A stretch of DNA of 64,000 bases from Aplysia californica (Eukaryota): assembly GCF_000002075.1 (NCBI RefSeq), contig NW_004797374.1:502693-566692 (forward strand), in the 5' to 3' direction. Below the pieces are notes generated by a model. The model ran no database searches, was not told the DNA's origin, and was given only the letters and a program-made list of their open reading frames with translations. The position numbers and the translations under genes were made by a program. Position 1 is the first letter of the stretch; each line of letters opens with the position of its first letter. Shown piece by piece: positions 63,440 to 64,000 of the stretch.

Positions 63440-63492
63440 AGGCAGGACAGGAAGCCGGATTCACGAGTCACAGGAAGTCGGAAGTGATGTCA
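63440..63492. promoter_or_regulatory. Cluster of ETS/GABP-type motifs, probable promoter of a neighbouring gene
   Basis: CAGGAAGCCGGA, CAGGAAGTCGGAAGTG in a CpG-rich patch. Confidence 0.4.
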
Positions 63493-64000
63493 TGCTGGAC
63501 AAGAATCAGAGTCCGAATAACATTTTTTCATATTCGGACTCGAGTCCGAATAATCACTTCGTTTCTCCAAACGCTCGAGAAAATAAACTTGAACTCTATT
63601 TCTCTGAACGGCATCCGTTCTCTAGATTTTTTGGTTATTTGCGAATGAAGTGGCCCATGCGTTTGTGTGTGTGTGGGTGTGTGTGTGTGAGTGAGTGTGC
63701 TAGTGTGTGTGTGTCTGTGAGTGAGTGTGCGTGCGCGCGCGCGCGCGCGCGCGTGTGTGTGTGTGTATGAGTGTGCATATATAAATATATGTATGCGTGT
63801 GTGTGTGAGGCGTGAATGGGGCGAGGGGGGTGGGGGGGGGTGGAAGGATTTATTTTGTTTTCATATAAGGATTATAGTTTTTGCTGGGTAACTAAATGCA
63901 AAATAGGTTACTGCCAAGGTCTATCAGTCTTGTTTTCTCGCGGTACTTTTTGAAGCATTTTCAAATGAAGTACCCGGTATAGTCCGGGAATGTGCCCAAA

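Overview
Animal (eukaryotic) genomic DNA, AT-rich, repeat-dense, with three N-gaps; the repeat and SINE content suggests a mollusc such as a gastropod, but that is inference. Three spliced protein-coding genes can be reconstructed by hand: cathepsin Z (7 exons, + strand, 1632-14143), telomerase reverse transcriptase TERT (- strand; CP motif to C-terminus in one 2-kb exon, 32680-34708) and a peroxisomal enoyl-CoA isomerase/crotonase ending in SKL (4 exons, + strand, 48743-56817). The rest is mostly MITEs, Tc1/mariner relics, RTE and RNase H-bearing LINEs, a tRNA SINE and simple repeats. Two linked observations stand out. (1) The TERT catalytic ring is intact, but its N-terminal exons (TEN/linker/VSR region) appear to be decayed relics broken by stops and transposons, implying a ~699-aa TEN-less TERT. 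(2) About 5.6 kb downstream on the same strand lie four exons with good splice sites and no convincing ORF; once spliced they form long-range helices that cross the splice junctions. This is a candidate spliced structured ncRNA partner of this TERT, although no canonical CUAACCCU template was found in it.
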